From contig JAADVB010000058.1 of the NCBI GenBank assembly GCA_023334545.1, positions 20,704 through 84,703 of the forward strand: a stretch of 64,000 nt of DNA, written 5' to 3'. The position numbers and the translations under genes were made by a program. Shown piece after piece: positions 10,421-23,212 of the stretch. This stretch comes from Salisapilia sapeloensis CBS 127946. Lineage: Eukaryota; Protista; Oomycota. The first letter of the stretch is position 1. The number at the start of each line of letters is the position of its first letter. The notes below the pieces were generated by a model, which was not told the origin of the DNA, made no database searches, and saw only the letters and a list, made by a program, of their open reading frames with translations.

Positions 10421-11827
10421 CTAATCTCGTTGTGTCGTTTCGGACAGCCTCATATCATCCATCCTAAATATCTCTTCCACTGGACTAATAGCGATCTGGT
10501 ATCCGTGCTCGCCAGAGCTATAGGAAGGAGTGGACAAATTGGAAATGTAGCTTAAAGGCGACATGGAGATAGAGGAAGGAGGCCGAGGATGAAAATCATA
10601 TGACTCTCCTGGGCAACTACTCATGTTCGACCATAATGAAGTAGACGAATCCACATCCTCAGCTCGTTCGCGATCAATCAAAGTCGTGCCTCGGTCTGTG
10701 TTTTCATATCTACCAGCGAGTACTTCTTGACGAGCAATGAGGTAAGCACTTGTCGTCTTTACTCTGTGGTCGCAAGCAGAGCAGATAGCCACCTTCATTC
10801 GTCTCAAACGTAGCTTGGGAAGGACGTCTACTTTTTCAAACGACTTGTTACAAGATCGACACATTTGTGATCGGCACATACGACAGTCGAGAGTCTTATG
10901 CATTGGATTAAATCGCCTAGTACCATTCTGGCATCCATGTGCATGCTTCTGCATCTCCGAGTCCGTCGATTCGCTACGATGTAGTCGACGGATGTCACTC
11001 CGGTAGAGTAGCCATGTAAGCTTCTTTTGATTCGCAATGTCAACAGCGGTGGTACTGGCTAAGTAAGAATCTGCCATTGCACCGACAGCGATACTGTCGA
11101 GGACTTTGCCGAAAAGCTCATAATATCCCTTCGTGTATACCTCCACAGCATTTGGACGAATTTGTTTAAATAGTGCGCACTGAGATAGTTGGCAACGGAT
11201 AGCACCGACTGATTTAAGTGGTGGAACCGATGGATGATCGATTCCGTGTGTCAGGCTGTAACCAATCCTTTCACCATCTTCTCGCTCAAGAACCCCCGTC
11301 GCACGAATGGAAACACTATCCCGGTGCTTAATTATCCCGTTTAGCCCTTTTGGAAACCCTGACAAAGCCCACTCAATACGCAACGACCGAAATGGATGAT
11401 CAGGTGAAGGCATTTCAATAGTGTTAAGTGTTTGCCCATCCTGCGTTCTCACTTTTGCAAATGCTAACGCTTGCATGTGTGCAGCTTCATCCGGACTGGC
11501 TGTACCGTACATTACATCTTCCAGGGTACCATCGACTGTTCCGTTGCCAATTAGGCATACTGGTAATTGCGATTTGCTTTCACGCGCATTGTGGTGTTCC
11601 GTGTACTTGGGCTTTGTCCGACGTTCGCGATAGATCGTCATATTTCCTCGCTTCTTGATAGGTTTCCACTTGTCATCATCCAATATGCGAGGAACTCTTT
11701 GGTCAAAAGCATCGTACTCGACGAGTGCCTCGTAAATGAGCACCATGGTAATGTGCTTGAAGTCGGCCTTTGCTCGTTCATCAAGATCAAGGGGAGGATA
11801 TGTATTCGCGTCCCATTGTTCCTGCAT
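10421..11827 (-). CDS. START-like lipid-binding domain + FYVE-like zinc finger protein (oomycete-expanded family)
   Basis: WKPIKKRGNMTIYRE, GTVDGTLEDVMYG, FRSLRIEW, RDSV..ATG, GYSLTHGI; C-terminal CRMC..MCRSC...ICSAC. Likely start MQEQW at 11827. Confidence 0.8.
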   Translation of the reverse strand: MQEQWDANTYPPLDLDERAKADFKHITMVLIYEALVEYDAFDQRVPRILDDDKWKPIKKRGNMTIYRERRTKPKYTEHHNARESKSQLPVCLIGNGTVDGTLEDVMYGTASPDEAAHMQALAFAKVRTQDGQTLNTIEMPSPDHPFRSLRIEWALSGFPKGLNGIIKHRDSVSIRATGVLEREDGERIGYSLTHGIDHPSVPPLKSVGAIRCQLSQCALFKQIRPNAVEVYTKGYYELFGKVLDSIAVGAMADSYLASTTAVDIANQKKLTWLLYRSDIRRLHRSESTDSEMQKHAHGCQNGTRRFNPMHKTLDCRMCRSQMCRSCNKSFEKVDVLPKLRLRRMKVAICSACDHRVKTTSAYLIARQEVLAGRYENTDRGTTLIDRERAEDVDSSTSLWSNMSSCPGESYDFHPRPPSSISMSPLSYISNLSTPSYSSGEHGYQIAISPVEEIFRMDDMRLSETTQRD

Positions 11828-14405
11828 GCTTGATATGTGGGGAAAATGAAGGAATGTGCTGCTGTAAGAAACCAGAGTACAGAGAGAGAGACTCCACAAA
11901 CGAGATCTTTCCTCAGGGATAATAGACGCCAAACTGTCGTACATCGTTCGTACCTATTGGGCATCTCATGATTCCCTATCTCGACATCCATGTGGTAATA
12001 ATCACCAACTTTCAGCCACCATCGATCTAGTCTCCACATGAGCATAGGCTAGGAGTAGCTGACATAAGACGATGTAATACGTCGCAAGACTTAGTTACGT
12101 GATACAATGCGGGATAGCGTTTAATTGCTAGTGAGAGCGAAGAAGATTTGAGCAGGAAACTTGACCGCACAGACTTTAAATGGACCTCATCATACACTAC
12201 GTATTAAATGGAAACCTGTTCTTATTGCAAAATCATAGTGTACTTAGATGTTTATAGCCTAGTAGCTATCACTTAGCCGTTCTACACTAGGACTATCTTG
12301 CGTTTGGCATGATATTATTCAATTAAAACACCTGCGTCATCAGCCATTTGCGATAGGATCGCCACCTACGACCCTTTTAACTAATGGCTGATCAGCAATC
12401 AAGCAGACAGTGATCCACAAAGATGTGGTCACTTCTAAGCAGAAGATCATAGATGTCAATCAGTCCGATATCTTGTGATTATTTGAACTAAAGTTTATTC
12501 ATGGTACCAGTATGAGCTTTCAGACAGAGTGGAAACATTTACATGTATATCGTCAATAGTGAGGATACAGTTTTCCTGCACGTCATTCCCTCACCGGAAA
12601 GACGGACCTACGTACTTCTACGCACTAGAAGTCTGGATGTAGCGGATTAGATCGAGGTATCAGCAATAGTCCATTAGTCAATTCTGATCAAATAAACGAA
12701 GTCTGATGATGATTGAAACTAGCAGAGTAGATATACAACGCATTGAATCGCTTCTATTTAAGATGATAGCCCTTTCAGATAATTGATTTCAACATTGTTA
12801 TCATTGACCAATGCAATGGATAAAGAGCATTTAAATTCAAACGGCCTCTTTTGTCTGCAACAGAGGTATTCGTGTTTCCACTGACTGTCCCTGTCTCATT
12901 TGGAATCAGCTATGTCAGTACTGAAAAGGAGTTCAGAACAAGTCGCTTGCGAACTAGATCAGCATTAGCTATCTACGCAGTATTAAAATTTGTATAATCT
13001 GGAAGTGGTTGGTCATGCTGTGCTGCCTTTCGTGCGTCATAATGTTGAAGAGCTGTCTGATCTATATATCTTATGTTCAACTTAAAGTACTTGGAACGGA
13101 GCGGTATGAATGAAGACTACAATTTAGTCTTCTTAACTCTTTTATCAGAAGAAAGCGAGAACAGCTAAGGGACAGAGAGAATTGGCATGATTCATCATCA
13201 CTCGATGCTGGCAAGACTTGAGAGATGACAAAAGTTTGATACCAGTTTAAAGAAATGATTTAATTGCTCACACGATGCATAATCTGATGGTTTTGATGCT
13301 CAATACTGTAGTTGACTGGAAACTTAAAGAATTGATTAAAAAACCATGGTCACTTGAATACAATGCATTCTGATCAGCATTTAAGTATGTTGTCAAGCGA
13401 GTAGAAAGTATATGCCAATGCTTTTTGCCATAGAGTTTCAAGGTTGTTACCGAAACCCAAGACAGTGGCTAACCTCCTAGAGAGAGCTAAAGCTATATGA
13501 TGATATAGGTTCTGTTCCAGCTCGTTTTTTAATTAAGTACTAAGAAATGAAAACAGTAGCACTAGCGATGCAATCGAAGGCAATTCAATAGGAAATGAAG
13601 ACCTCCGGATAGCGACAAAGCTACTACTGGTAAGTCATCGAAAGATCTATGAGAATAGAACAAAAAGGTATATTGAAACGACCTAATATATCTAGGAGAA
13701 CAGATTGAAGGCATATAGCAACATGAAAGCCTTTGGACTCCCATGATTCAGCATTGCATTTAATACTGAGCCATGTTATTCACAATACTCGCCTCCAGAT
13801 ATTTCTTTACGTTTGTCTAGCAATCTTGACGACCATTTGCGTTTGCTCAAGTAAACTTCATATCACCAAAGTCCAGTATCCATGTCTTATTCAGTAGCAA
13901 AAGCTTCCATGAAGAGTGTGCTGCATTTAAAAGCACGAAAAAAACTCGATGAATAGACTGAAAGATATGAACTGGGTGACTCTTGTTTCCATCGTACGGA
14001 TTAAAAGTCTTCGTTTGAGCTGGTACGAAGAAGAGCGCATTTATTTGTCTTTTCACAACATCCTGATTCCACCCACAAAGCCTTCCCCTGTTCAATTCAA
14101 GCTCGTATGAAGCTGATGTCGACGGTACCTTAACGCAAATCATGACATTGTCTACATCCTATAGACAAATTCGGACAGAGTACTGTAAGCTGGCGTACAG
14201 GATCAGGATACGTGTGGTTGCCATCTTCATGATATACTTTCCCGTTCAGGAAGGTGGTAGCTACATGCTACCTCCTTATTACGCGCTTGTCTGCAGATAC
14301 ATCACCGTTGGATCGTCGACCTATTGAATACGCACGAATGGAAGGTGACAAAGCACTAGACAAGTAACTAAACAAGCGAATCATTCAATAGCTTGTGATT
14401 GCATT

Positions 14406-15385
14406 TTAAAAGACAAGGTGCTTTGGAATTTCTGGCGCAACCTGCACCCCAAGACGTTCCCGAAGTTCATCCAACGGCGTCTCCAACTCTTCTTCATAGT
14501 AGACGTTCATCAAGTTGTGCACTTGAGCTCCAGCATGCTTTGCCCACGGTATATAAACCTGCCTCAGCATCTTTCTTTGCTCTATCATCATCCTACATCA
14601 GCACTTCCATACACAAGAAACTTTCTGCATGAATAAACTACCGGAATTGAGGCGAAGAGGGCCAACAAAGCCACTAAGAGCGGTGACTGGCAATCGAGTC
14701 TGAGTCATCTCTACATATTTGAGAATAATTTCTCCAAACACCGTCGGTGGGAGGGCAAACAATGTATGCCAAAAGTCGTGGAGCTCCCGATAGCGCTGGA
14801 TCACGTAGGCCAATTCCGGATCATCCACGTACTTGACGATCGAACGGCCATCTGCATCGAATCTATAATCCATGCAGATATAAGATACAGTGTATAGACA
14901 TGAAAGATGAAGCGACATACCCATGAGCATCCATGAATTCAGTGTATGCGTATCCAAATGTGTTTTTAGGAAGAGAACGGAGGTAGTCGACATCAATGGT
15001 GTTGGAGCGAATACTTGGTTTCTCCGCTAGGATACGTGCTCCAACCGGATCGGAACACATTTGTGCATGCAAGTGTCGCAGAGCATCACGTCCTAATGAT
15101 CGAGATGAGAATTCATGCTTACCAGAATATCATATCGTCAGAATAGGCACCAGTGACTTCGCCTAATGCAGCAAGCATATCCCCGCGCTCTGGATTAGAC
15201 AGCACTGTGAATGCAGACATGAACGACAGTGCTACTTTCTGGATCGGTGTCGTTGGATGGTGGCTTGGATAAAGCACTCGACGTTCCGGTTCACCGGCCA
15301 CAGACGACAAAGTACGTCGATTCAAGCTATGCGATTGCACATGCAAGTTCAATAGGCAACTATCTACCTTTGGGCAAAATCGCAT
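14406..15385 (-). CDS. COQ4: Ubiquinone biosynthesis protein COQ4, 4 exons (15385-15151, 15092-14921, 14862-14642, 14581-14406)
   Basis: Spliced by hand at GT-AG sites: ...PERGDMLAALGEVTG|RDALRHLHAQMCSDPVG...YRELHDFWH (HDxxH motif)...E.TQTRLP...IPWA. Confidence 0.92.
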
Positions 15386-15789
15386 CGCCTGCTTCGCAAT
15401 AGCGGGGCGTCCAAGTGCCTGCATGAAGCTCATCGGTCTCAAATACGATAATGACGTCTTCTTTGTCGCTTTGCACATCTTAAATCGGATCGTGTTGTAT
15501 CCGATGTCATTTCTCATAATTATATGTCCACTTGTTAGTATACTTTATCCAAGTCACCTAGGATCCGCCGACGACATGTCACGCAACCTTCGGGAAACTT
15601 CATCGTCCCTCCTTTGCTTCTGGGAGTATCCACCAAGTCACGCGCGAGTGTGGTCCATTGCTACTTCCAGAGTCTCCTTGACGAAGTCTATCTTTCTCCA
15701 AGGCATTTGCAACAGCTACTACGACTTCCCTTTATCAACATTCTCGCTTTATTTCTTTTGGCATCGTCCTAAAGCTTTTATTGGGATAA

Positions 15790-18428
15790 ATGAGCAAGCG
15801 TGCCTTTGTGCAGCTCGCCAAGCTCAATGGAGAAGGCCAACTTCTCATGGGCTCACCAGTCATGGCGTTCATCGAGCCGGATGCTCCTTGGCTTCATACT
15901 GTCAATGAATTCGTCATGGTATGACCAATCTATCTTTTACTTTATCCTTCACGTGCCTAATTGTGCAATAGAGTTGCAATGATGACGAAGTAGAGGTAGC
16001 ACAGCGTCCAAAGGGGCTATTAGAAGGCTGTCGTATTGTCGATGCCAGTACATTAGCTCAAGTCACGTCGTCTTCATCCTGCAACGATGGTGGACACTAC
16101 TTTTTATGCCCCAACACGAACGCTCTCAACGTTCTTTTGCATAAGAACGGGATGCCAGTGCCAGAGGAGGCACCTAAAGACAGCAGCAATTCATCCGAAG
16201 CAGATCGTGCGAGAGAATCGGTGCATTTAACGTCTAGATTAGAATCATTAGATGAATTGCGTTACTATTTCGATGAGCATGGGACATTGAAACATGGGAA
16301 GACGAATCAAGCCGTTCGGGAGTTAATGAAAGATCCAAGCAAAGCGTTCGAAATCGACGAAATCCTTCGAGCAGCCATTTTCCACATCCAAATGGACATG
16401 TTGGCGGAAATGGCATTTCAACAGGCACCACTGCCGATTGATCCACGTCCGGATGAACCAAAGGAAGCGAGGTCAAGTGTCTTCCTAAGCACTGACTGGC
16501 GTACTGCTGAGCATCTACTCGTCGTCATCAACAGCGGCCGAGGTGTCCAGCCTGGCATCTGGAGTCGAGATCTCTTACTCCAGGAAGGTCTAGAGCTCGG
16601 GTCGATGCTTCCGACATTTCGAGCTGCACAACGAGACTCATTCGCTGTCGCTGTTCTCAATCCATTCACGAATAAAGTAACTGTCGACGGAACGACGTAT
16701 CCAATTCGTGGCAATTCATCTCCAGACGATCACATCCTGTATGTCTGGGATGAAATCATCATGCGAGCACATGCTCCACAAGTCTTTGTCTTAGCTCACT
16801 CTGCAGGTGCGAAACTCGTGACGACGTTACTACAGAATCGAGAAGCAAGTGCTGCATCTCGTCTTCGAGCTATTGTGTTTGTCGAAGCAGCGTATTCCAT
16901 CGATCCGTCCAGTACATCACCTCTCGTCGGCCAATTCTTGCGTCAAAAGGCGATTAATTTCAAAGCAGATCCATATGTACCTGTTGGTCAGCGTCTCCCA
17001 GAGGTCGAGAAGCAACTGTCTTGTAGCTGTCTCTGCGTTGGTGACTTGAGTAACGCAAGTGTCGAAGCACTCCATCCGACTTGGTCTTCTAGTGGCAAGA
17101 CACGTAGTTCGAATGTTGCAGGAACGATTCGACTCTCCATGGACACAACCTTCTCTTTCTTTCGTGAAGCTCGGGACCGAGGGATGTCTGCTGGAGAGTA
17201 CATTGCCGAAGTAGATAAAAAAGCACATTCATGGGGACACAAGCTTCGTTTACGTATCGATTCATTAAAGAAACCAGGTAAAAAGACTCGACGAACGAGT
17301 TCGACGCCAGGAGAGAAACGTCCGCTAAAGACAGCACGTAGTCTACCAGAGTCCACGGCGATGCGTACGTCTATCTTAAGTCGTTCATCATCTGCAGACG
17401 CCAAAGACGAATCGTCTATCAGCGTAAGTGACTTTGATCTGATCAAAGTGATAGGCCGAGGGATGATCGGGAAAGTATTTCTCGTTCGTAAAGTCGGTAC
17501 GCATGAGGTTTTTGCGATGAAAGTCCTACGGAAGAAAAATGTACGTCGAAGTGGCTTGCAAGAACACATTCGGACGGAACGATTGATACTAGAGGAGATT
17601 GATCATCCTTTCATTGCTCGTCTTCGCTTCTCGTTTCAAACCAAAGATAAATTGTACTTAGTAACAGACTACTGCAGTGGTGGAGAGCTCTTCTATCACA
17701 TGGATGGACAAGGATTTGCGTATGAACGAGCGAGGTTCTACGCAGCTGAGCTCGTCCTAGCGTTAGAACACTTGCATTCGTTAAAGGTTGCGTATCGAGA
17801 CCTCAAGCCGGAGAATATTCTCGTCGAGCCTTCGGGACATGTACGCATAACAGACTTTGGCTATTCCAAGCTGGATGTCGTGGCCGATGGTGGAGCACAG
17901 TCCATCGTCGGGAGTAAACAGTACATGGCTCCAGAGATCTTTCGAGAGTCATATGGCTTTGCAGTCGACTGGTGGAGTCTCGGGATACTCATTCTTGAGA
18001 TGCTGACTGGATGCATCCCGTATGAAGACGAAAACCCTCGTACGTTCTACATGAGCATCTCGAATTATAGTAACATCGATCGCATCCTACCTACACAAAT
18101 ACCACGTGCGGCAGCAGACATCGTATTTCAGTTGTTGGCACTCGATCCGAGTAAACGGTTGGGATCCAGAGGTGCGTTGGAAGTACGTGAGCATGCCTTC
18201 TTTGAAGGTATCGACTGGGATCGCCTGAGGAAGAAAGAGCTTGATCCGCCGTGGAAACCGGATGTACGAGACGAGTTGGATGTACGCAACTTTGAGGAAC
18301 AGTTCACGGACGAGCCTGCTGTTGATAGCGTCCCGACGCAACGTGGGTCCGTCATGAGTGGCGGACATACGTTTGATGACTTTACGTTTAACCCGACCAT
18401 CTCGGAAGGATCAACTGGTAGGATATAA
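15790..18428 (+). CDS. Arb2/FAM172A-like alpha/beta-hydrolase domain fused to a C-terminal AGC (S6K/SGK-like) kinase; 2 exons (15790-15918, 15972-18428)
   Basis: GRGVQPGIWSR..LLQEGLELGSMLP, DHILYVWD and AHSAG (Arb2-like). Kinase motifs GRGMIGKV, YRDLKPEN, DFG, YMAPE and hydrophobic motif FDDFTF. The upstream exon joins in frame through a 53-nt GT-AG intron. Confidence 0.88.
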
Positions 18429-19106
18429 ATGCACATGGATGGAGGATAAATAAATCTCAGTGAGCTTTTCTAGTTGTGTAAGAAATGAAACCTTGGAATG
18501 GACTGTGTTAATACGTGAAAAAAACACTGTACGCCTAGATAACCAAGGATGTCAACGTCTGTGATTGTTGGGATGGCCATATTACTACTGATGCCGTTGA
18601 TGCAAGCGATATCGGTCGCTTTTGTAATCCATTGAGGTCCACGATGGTGTTTTACCATAACTGCGATGAAGCAAAAGGTAAAAATAGATTTCGCATAGTG
18701 GCCACATACAAATACTATATATCAGCACTCGATACAACCGTGCACGTTCAAGCACATTCTTACACAATCTAATGCCAAGCGCATGACATGGCAGGTGTCT
18801 CTTATCCAATAACAGCAATGGACCACGGAAGCAGAAGATTCATTGCTCCGTAGACTTCCAGAAAACATCCAGATGATAAATTTTTGACGACTGTAGAGTT
18901 GTAAAGATACTTGATGCATTCCTTTCCTCCGTGCAGGACGCAGTCTGGCGTTTCTTTCTTCTCCGTCCACCAATGTATGAATCAGCTCGGTAGTAATCAG
19001 GCAAAGAAGTCGTATTGCACAAGAAGAAATCAAGTAGCTGAATTTTACTTTTAAGTATTGCTTATATTCCGATTCCCAGGTTTCCATCCTTCTTACCACG
19101 CCTCCT

Positions 19107-19739
19107 TCATTTACATTTGCCTTTATATTTAATACTCATTTCTTTGCGCAGTATGCACTTGAAGAGATTGAACGTGCACTTGTTCGCGTATGTGTTCCCA
19201 TCACTTGCACAGACTGGCTCCACTGCCATTCGACAACCCTCCATATTGCATTCGTCCGTCGCGATAGCATCACTAGAGCTCGACTCCTTTGAAGCGCTAC
19301 TTGATGAAGTTTTAGTCGCATCTTCTTCGGCACTTGTGCTTTGATTCGAACTACTTGGTGAAGTATTGCATTCATCCATGTCCACAGTCGTCAGCTCAAT
19401 TCCCTCTCGACACGCAGCCATCTTCATATCGCATTCATCCCGATACAGTTTCTTATTGGAAGCGCAGACTTGCACTCTAATCTTAGTGCATACAACAGTA
19501 TCACACGAAGTAGCGTCATTTCCATCTCCTTCACACGCACCCTTATGCTGAATCTTCATGTTGTTTCCACTAGCGCAGTTTGCATTTTCAAACTCACACT
19601 CGTTCGTGAACGTCTCATTCGTCGAGGAACAGACAGGATGTATGTCATCCGTACAAAATCTCTCCGTACAATCGATATCTTCAGCAGCAACCGATTGAAT
19701 AGCCACCATAGCTATCATGAGCATTAATTCGCGTAGCAT
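19107..19739 (-). CDS. Secreted three-domain Kazal protease inhibitor (EPI-like)
   Basis: Signal peptide plus three six-Cys Kazal domains; predicted P1 residues D, K, M. Confidence 0.93.
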   Translation of the reverse strand: MLRELMLMIAMVAIQSVAAEDIDCTERFCTDDIHPVCSSTNETFTNECEFENANCASGNNMKIQHKGACEGDGNDATSCDTVVCTKIRVQVCASNKKLYRDECDMKMAACREGIELTTVDMDECNTSPSSSNQSTSAEEDATKTSSSSASKESSSSDAIATDECNMEGCRMAVEPVCASDGNTYANKCTFNLFKCILRKEMSIKYKGKCK

Positions 19740-19768
19740 AGCTCTTGTGAAGTCTTCAAGTAAAAGTC

Positions 19769-19782
19769 GAAATGCCGAATGA
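19769..19782 (-). promoter_or_regulatory. Oomycete Inr+FPR-like core promoter element TCATTCGGCATTTC
   Basis: One mismatch to TCATTYYNCAWTTY, 30-43 bp upstream of the Kazal ATG at 19739. A similar TCATTTGTGAATTT lies at 30162-30175, before the Kazal gene at 30194. Confidence 0.55.
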
Positions 19783-19905
19783 ATAAAGGTGCAATTGTCC
19801 TTCTACTCAGATTTTAAACACTTGATTCATTGCAACGTGTCAGAAGACAGCTGAGTTTATTCGTTTTGCGTATCCTATACCAATCTACATATATCCTATG
19901 TACAA

Positions 19906-21190
19906 CTACGTCTCTTGCTTTCGTCTGTCTCGAAACGGATTTGCCTCTTCTTTTCCATCGTCATCCGAGTCAATCTTCTCCGTGTCTTTCCTGTCGCCAT
20001 TCGATGAAGATGCGTCACTTTCTTGGATTGACGGCTTGGACGTTGGTTTCTTCGCTGATCGAAACGTTGTATACCGAGGTATCGCTTCCATGTCGAGACA
20101 TTCAAACCCAGATAAATTCAATTCCTTGTCATCCGTGGTAGTCAATTCAGAAGATATAATTTTTGACGACGGCGGCTGTTGCTGATACGTGTCTGCGAAT
20201 GGGTTTAACGACTCATCGTCTTCGTCCGTCTCGCCATTCGGATGCTGATGACGTGGGCACTGTGACGGAACGTTTCCATTCAATTTCTCCTCGACCACCT
20301 TTTGGACAATCGCGGCCGTTCGAGCTGCATCTGCATTCTCCTGGGCGAGTGCAGAGGAAGATGGGACGGGTACGGATTGAGGGTACTTTTGAAAGTAGCT
20401 GGCTTGGTGTTCATCACGCAAGACGATCGTAGATGAGATGGTCGATAAGAACGCATGGAGCTCATCCATCGAGCCTTGCGCGCCAATCTTGCCCGTGACA
20501 GCGTATTCGTTTAAGAGACTAGAGACAAGATAAATAAAGAGATGGGATAGCTACTAGATGGATAAGTACGTGTTGGCGAGTAGAACGAGCTCATTCATCT
20601 GGTTTAATCGTTTCTCCATTTTCGCATTCCAGTCTTCCATGCCAATGACCCATCGACCTAGCATTTATGAGGAGATATGCTAGTGATAATATGTATAGGA
20701 TAGGATACCTGCATCAACGACGTAGGCGAGGTTCGATCTATCATGGCGATTAGTCATCAAGTCTTTAAAAAATGGGCTTGGAGCATACTCCAGTTCTCTC
20801 CGAATTTCATCTCGATACTCATAGCATCTTGCAAACAGTCTTGCGGCAGTAGAGACCACACCTATGTATATTAATTATGAATACAGTAACCGTTTGTACC
20901 ATCAATCGCTCTATACAGACCTGGAGGAAGGTTGTGCCGCATGCGATAAAAGAACTTTTCATAATAAATGACCTATTCATATTCAGTTAGGAGTATGTCA
21001 ATGCAGCGTATATGAGTGAGTCTTGCGAAAGGAAAAATACCTTTTTCATAAAAGTCGCGAGATTGGACTCGAGGCCGATGATGCCTCCGGCAACCGTCGT
21101 GACGGATTTGGAGATGCTCGTGATCGTCTGCGTATGTCCAAACCAAGTGGCCATGCTTGTCGTTTCTTTAAATTCACTCGAACTGCTCTC
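19906..21190 (-). CDS. Multi-exon hypothetical protein (at least 5 exons; true 5' end unresolved, possibly near 21400)
   Basis: Exons join in frame at GT-AG sites: ESSSSEF...LATFMKK|VIYYEKFF...IDGTN|GVVSTAARLF...YVVDA|GRWVIGMEDW...LLANT|LLNEYAV...MDELHAFL into ORF 19906-20469. Confidence 0.6.
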
Positions 21191-21448
21191 CTATAGTCTT
21201 ATCACGCGTCTGAACACGAGTACTAGCTGGAATCAGGTCGTATTCTCCCAAACTCGATATTTCGTTCGCTTGATAGACGCTATTTTTCAGAACACTCGTA
21301 CTTTGTATACTACTGAACACTGGATCCAGATAAAAAGCACCCATTGGAGAAAAGAGAATGCACGATAGTTTGGGATATATTCCTGTTTCTAGCCACACTA
21401 CAATTCAACTTTGCCCTTTTAAACATAAATACTCGCGTCATTACATTT

Positions 21449-23212
21449 TTACTCTTCCACCTCGTCCGAAGTTGCAAATCGGACCATCTCCTTCAGGTTT
21501 TCCTCTACTTGGTACACGAAGACAAGGAGGTAAATGATAGCTAGAAAGACAGAAGCCATACGACTGTAGCCTCCATAAGCACGCATCTGCTGCGCATCTA
21601 ATTTCTGTCGTGGCAGCAATAGTATGGAGAACAGTCCTAGTGCATGGACTCCATATTGTACCAATAGCATACCGGTAAGCTTGGCCTCTGAATCGGAGGA
21701 CGCATTGTAGGACCAGATTTTCGGCATTAGCTGGCTGTCCAAGGTCGACATGGTGCTGCCAATGAGACTAGTAAAAGACAGGAATAGTGCGACGACTGAG
21801 CCTTCGGTACCAGAATCCGCGACTTCGGTCGCTGGAATCAACGAAAAGATCGATCGCATCCCGTATGCAAAGTCCTTAAGCAAGTCGATGACACTGTAGA
21901 ACCACTGGTCCTGTAGGACATGCACGGTCACGAGGCCGCCGACGACTTCACAGACGAGTAGCCATACAAGGAAAACAACCGTGACCATCCGCCAGCTGCT
22001 ATTCGTCCACCAGAGTTTCCATGCGATCATCGTCGCAATAACACAAAAGTTACCAGACGCACTAAAGATGTTGCTGACGGTTGGTTCGACGTCAGCCAGC
22101 GCAGACACTGCTCTTGACGCGTCACCGAATGAAAAGGAGGAAGCGAACTTTAGAATCGTAAGAGACATGAGGATTTGCCACACGGCACGCTGTTCACACA
22201 TGCGTAAAAAGGCTTTCACACGTTCCATTGGGCCTGTGGGCATACTCGTGGTCATTCCAGCTGCCAACATCTGCTCCACTGCGTCTACTTCCAATTGTTT
22301 CACAGACTTTTCTTCTGCATAGAGCAAGACCAAGGGAATGGGAAGGAGACTGGCGATGGCTAAGGCTGCAAATGCCCAAAAGTGGTGAATCCGAAGCATA
22401 AAGTTACCTGCAGTCTCGTCATACTCGAGTAGACCAACAGCTATCCATCGACTAATGGCTTCGCTTGCTGTGCGAAAGATGAGGTAGTTGATCTGGACTA
22501 ATCCACGGGTCGTCAACGGCTCTCTTTGCGACAGCTCGATCACGCGAGCATCGGTTGCGACTTTGCTAATGAGCGTACCAGTCGTCGTCCCCATGATGAG
22601 TAGCATGTAATAGACCAGGTAATCCGTCGTCCGATCCGTGTAGTCCACTGCCCCAGCTAATGCTGCCAGTCCAAAGGACATGACGAACGCCACGACAGAT
22701 CCGACAATCATATAAGACTTTCGGCGATACCCTTTAATGGGAAAGATGTCCGAGATGAGACCGATGAACAAGGACAAGGCAGTAGGCAGACGAATCAGCG
22801 CTTCCATCATTGAGGATGACTTGGATGTTTCGATACCGAGGAAGTTCATTAGAGTAGGACGGAGACAGTAGCGTAGCATAGCATAGACGAACGAAGACGA
22901 TCCGGCGGCGAGTAGGAGGCCCGTGAAAGGTTTCGAAAACAAGGTTACTGGCCCACCGGGTCGAAGAGCTCCGAATTGTTGGTAGTTGAAGAACTCGTTT
23001 CCAGCAACGAAGCGGTTGTTTGCATGCTCCGAATTGGGACTGTACATGGTCATGTTCTCGTCAGAGGTACCATGACCGTTGATAGTGACCATAGGCATGC
23101 CGTTGTTTTCGTACACGCCCGGGGATTCTCCCATTCGTCGCTTGGACTGAAGCTCTATTTCGGACGAGCTGCGCCCGGTCGACGCGTTCTGATAGTCTGG
23201 CTTGTTGTACAT
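21449..23212 (-). CDS. MFS folate-biopterin transporter (FBT/BT1) family protein
   Basis: About 12 hydrophobic segments; FIGLISDIFPIKGYRRKSYM, DARVIELSQREPLTTRG, LLPRQKLDAQQMRAYGGYS. Confidence 0.85.
   Translation of the reverse strand: MYNKPDYQNASTGRSSSEIELQSKRRMGESPGVYENNGMPMVTINGHGTSDENMTMYSPNSEHANNRFVAGNEFFNYQQFGALRPGGPVTLFSKPFTGLLLAAGSSSFVYAMLRYCLRPTLMNFLGIETSKSSSMMEALIRLPTALSLFIGLISDIFPIKGYRRKSYMIVGSVVAFVMSFGLAALAGAVDYTDRTTDYLVYYMLLIMGTTTGTLISKVATDARVIELSQREPLTTRGLVQINYLIFRTASEAISRWIAVGLLEYDETAGNFMLRIHHFWAFAALAIASLLPIPLVLLYAEEKSVKQLEVDAVEQMLAAGMTTSMPTGPMERVKAFLRMCEQRAVWQILMSLTILKFASSFSFGDASRAVSALADVEPTVSNIFSASGNFCVIATMIAWKLWWTNSSWRMVTVVFLVWLLVCEVVGGLVTVHVLQDQWFYSVIDLLKDFAYGMRSIFSLIPATEVADSGTEGSVVALFLSFTSLIGSTMSTLDSQLMPKIWSYNASSDSEAKLTGMLLVQYGVHALGLFSILLLPRQKLDAQQMRAYGGYSRMASVFLAIIYLLVFVYQVEENLKEMVRFATSDEVEE

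Noticed and set aside
13560-14330. Possible decayed gene or Tc1-like transposase on the minus strand
   Set aside because: Frames contain several stops; no DDE motif, TIR or family could be recognised.
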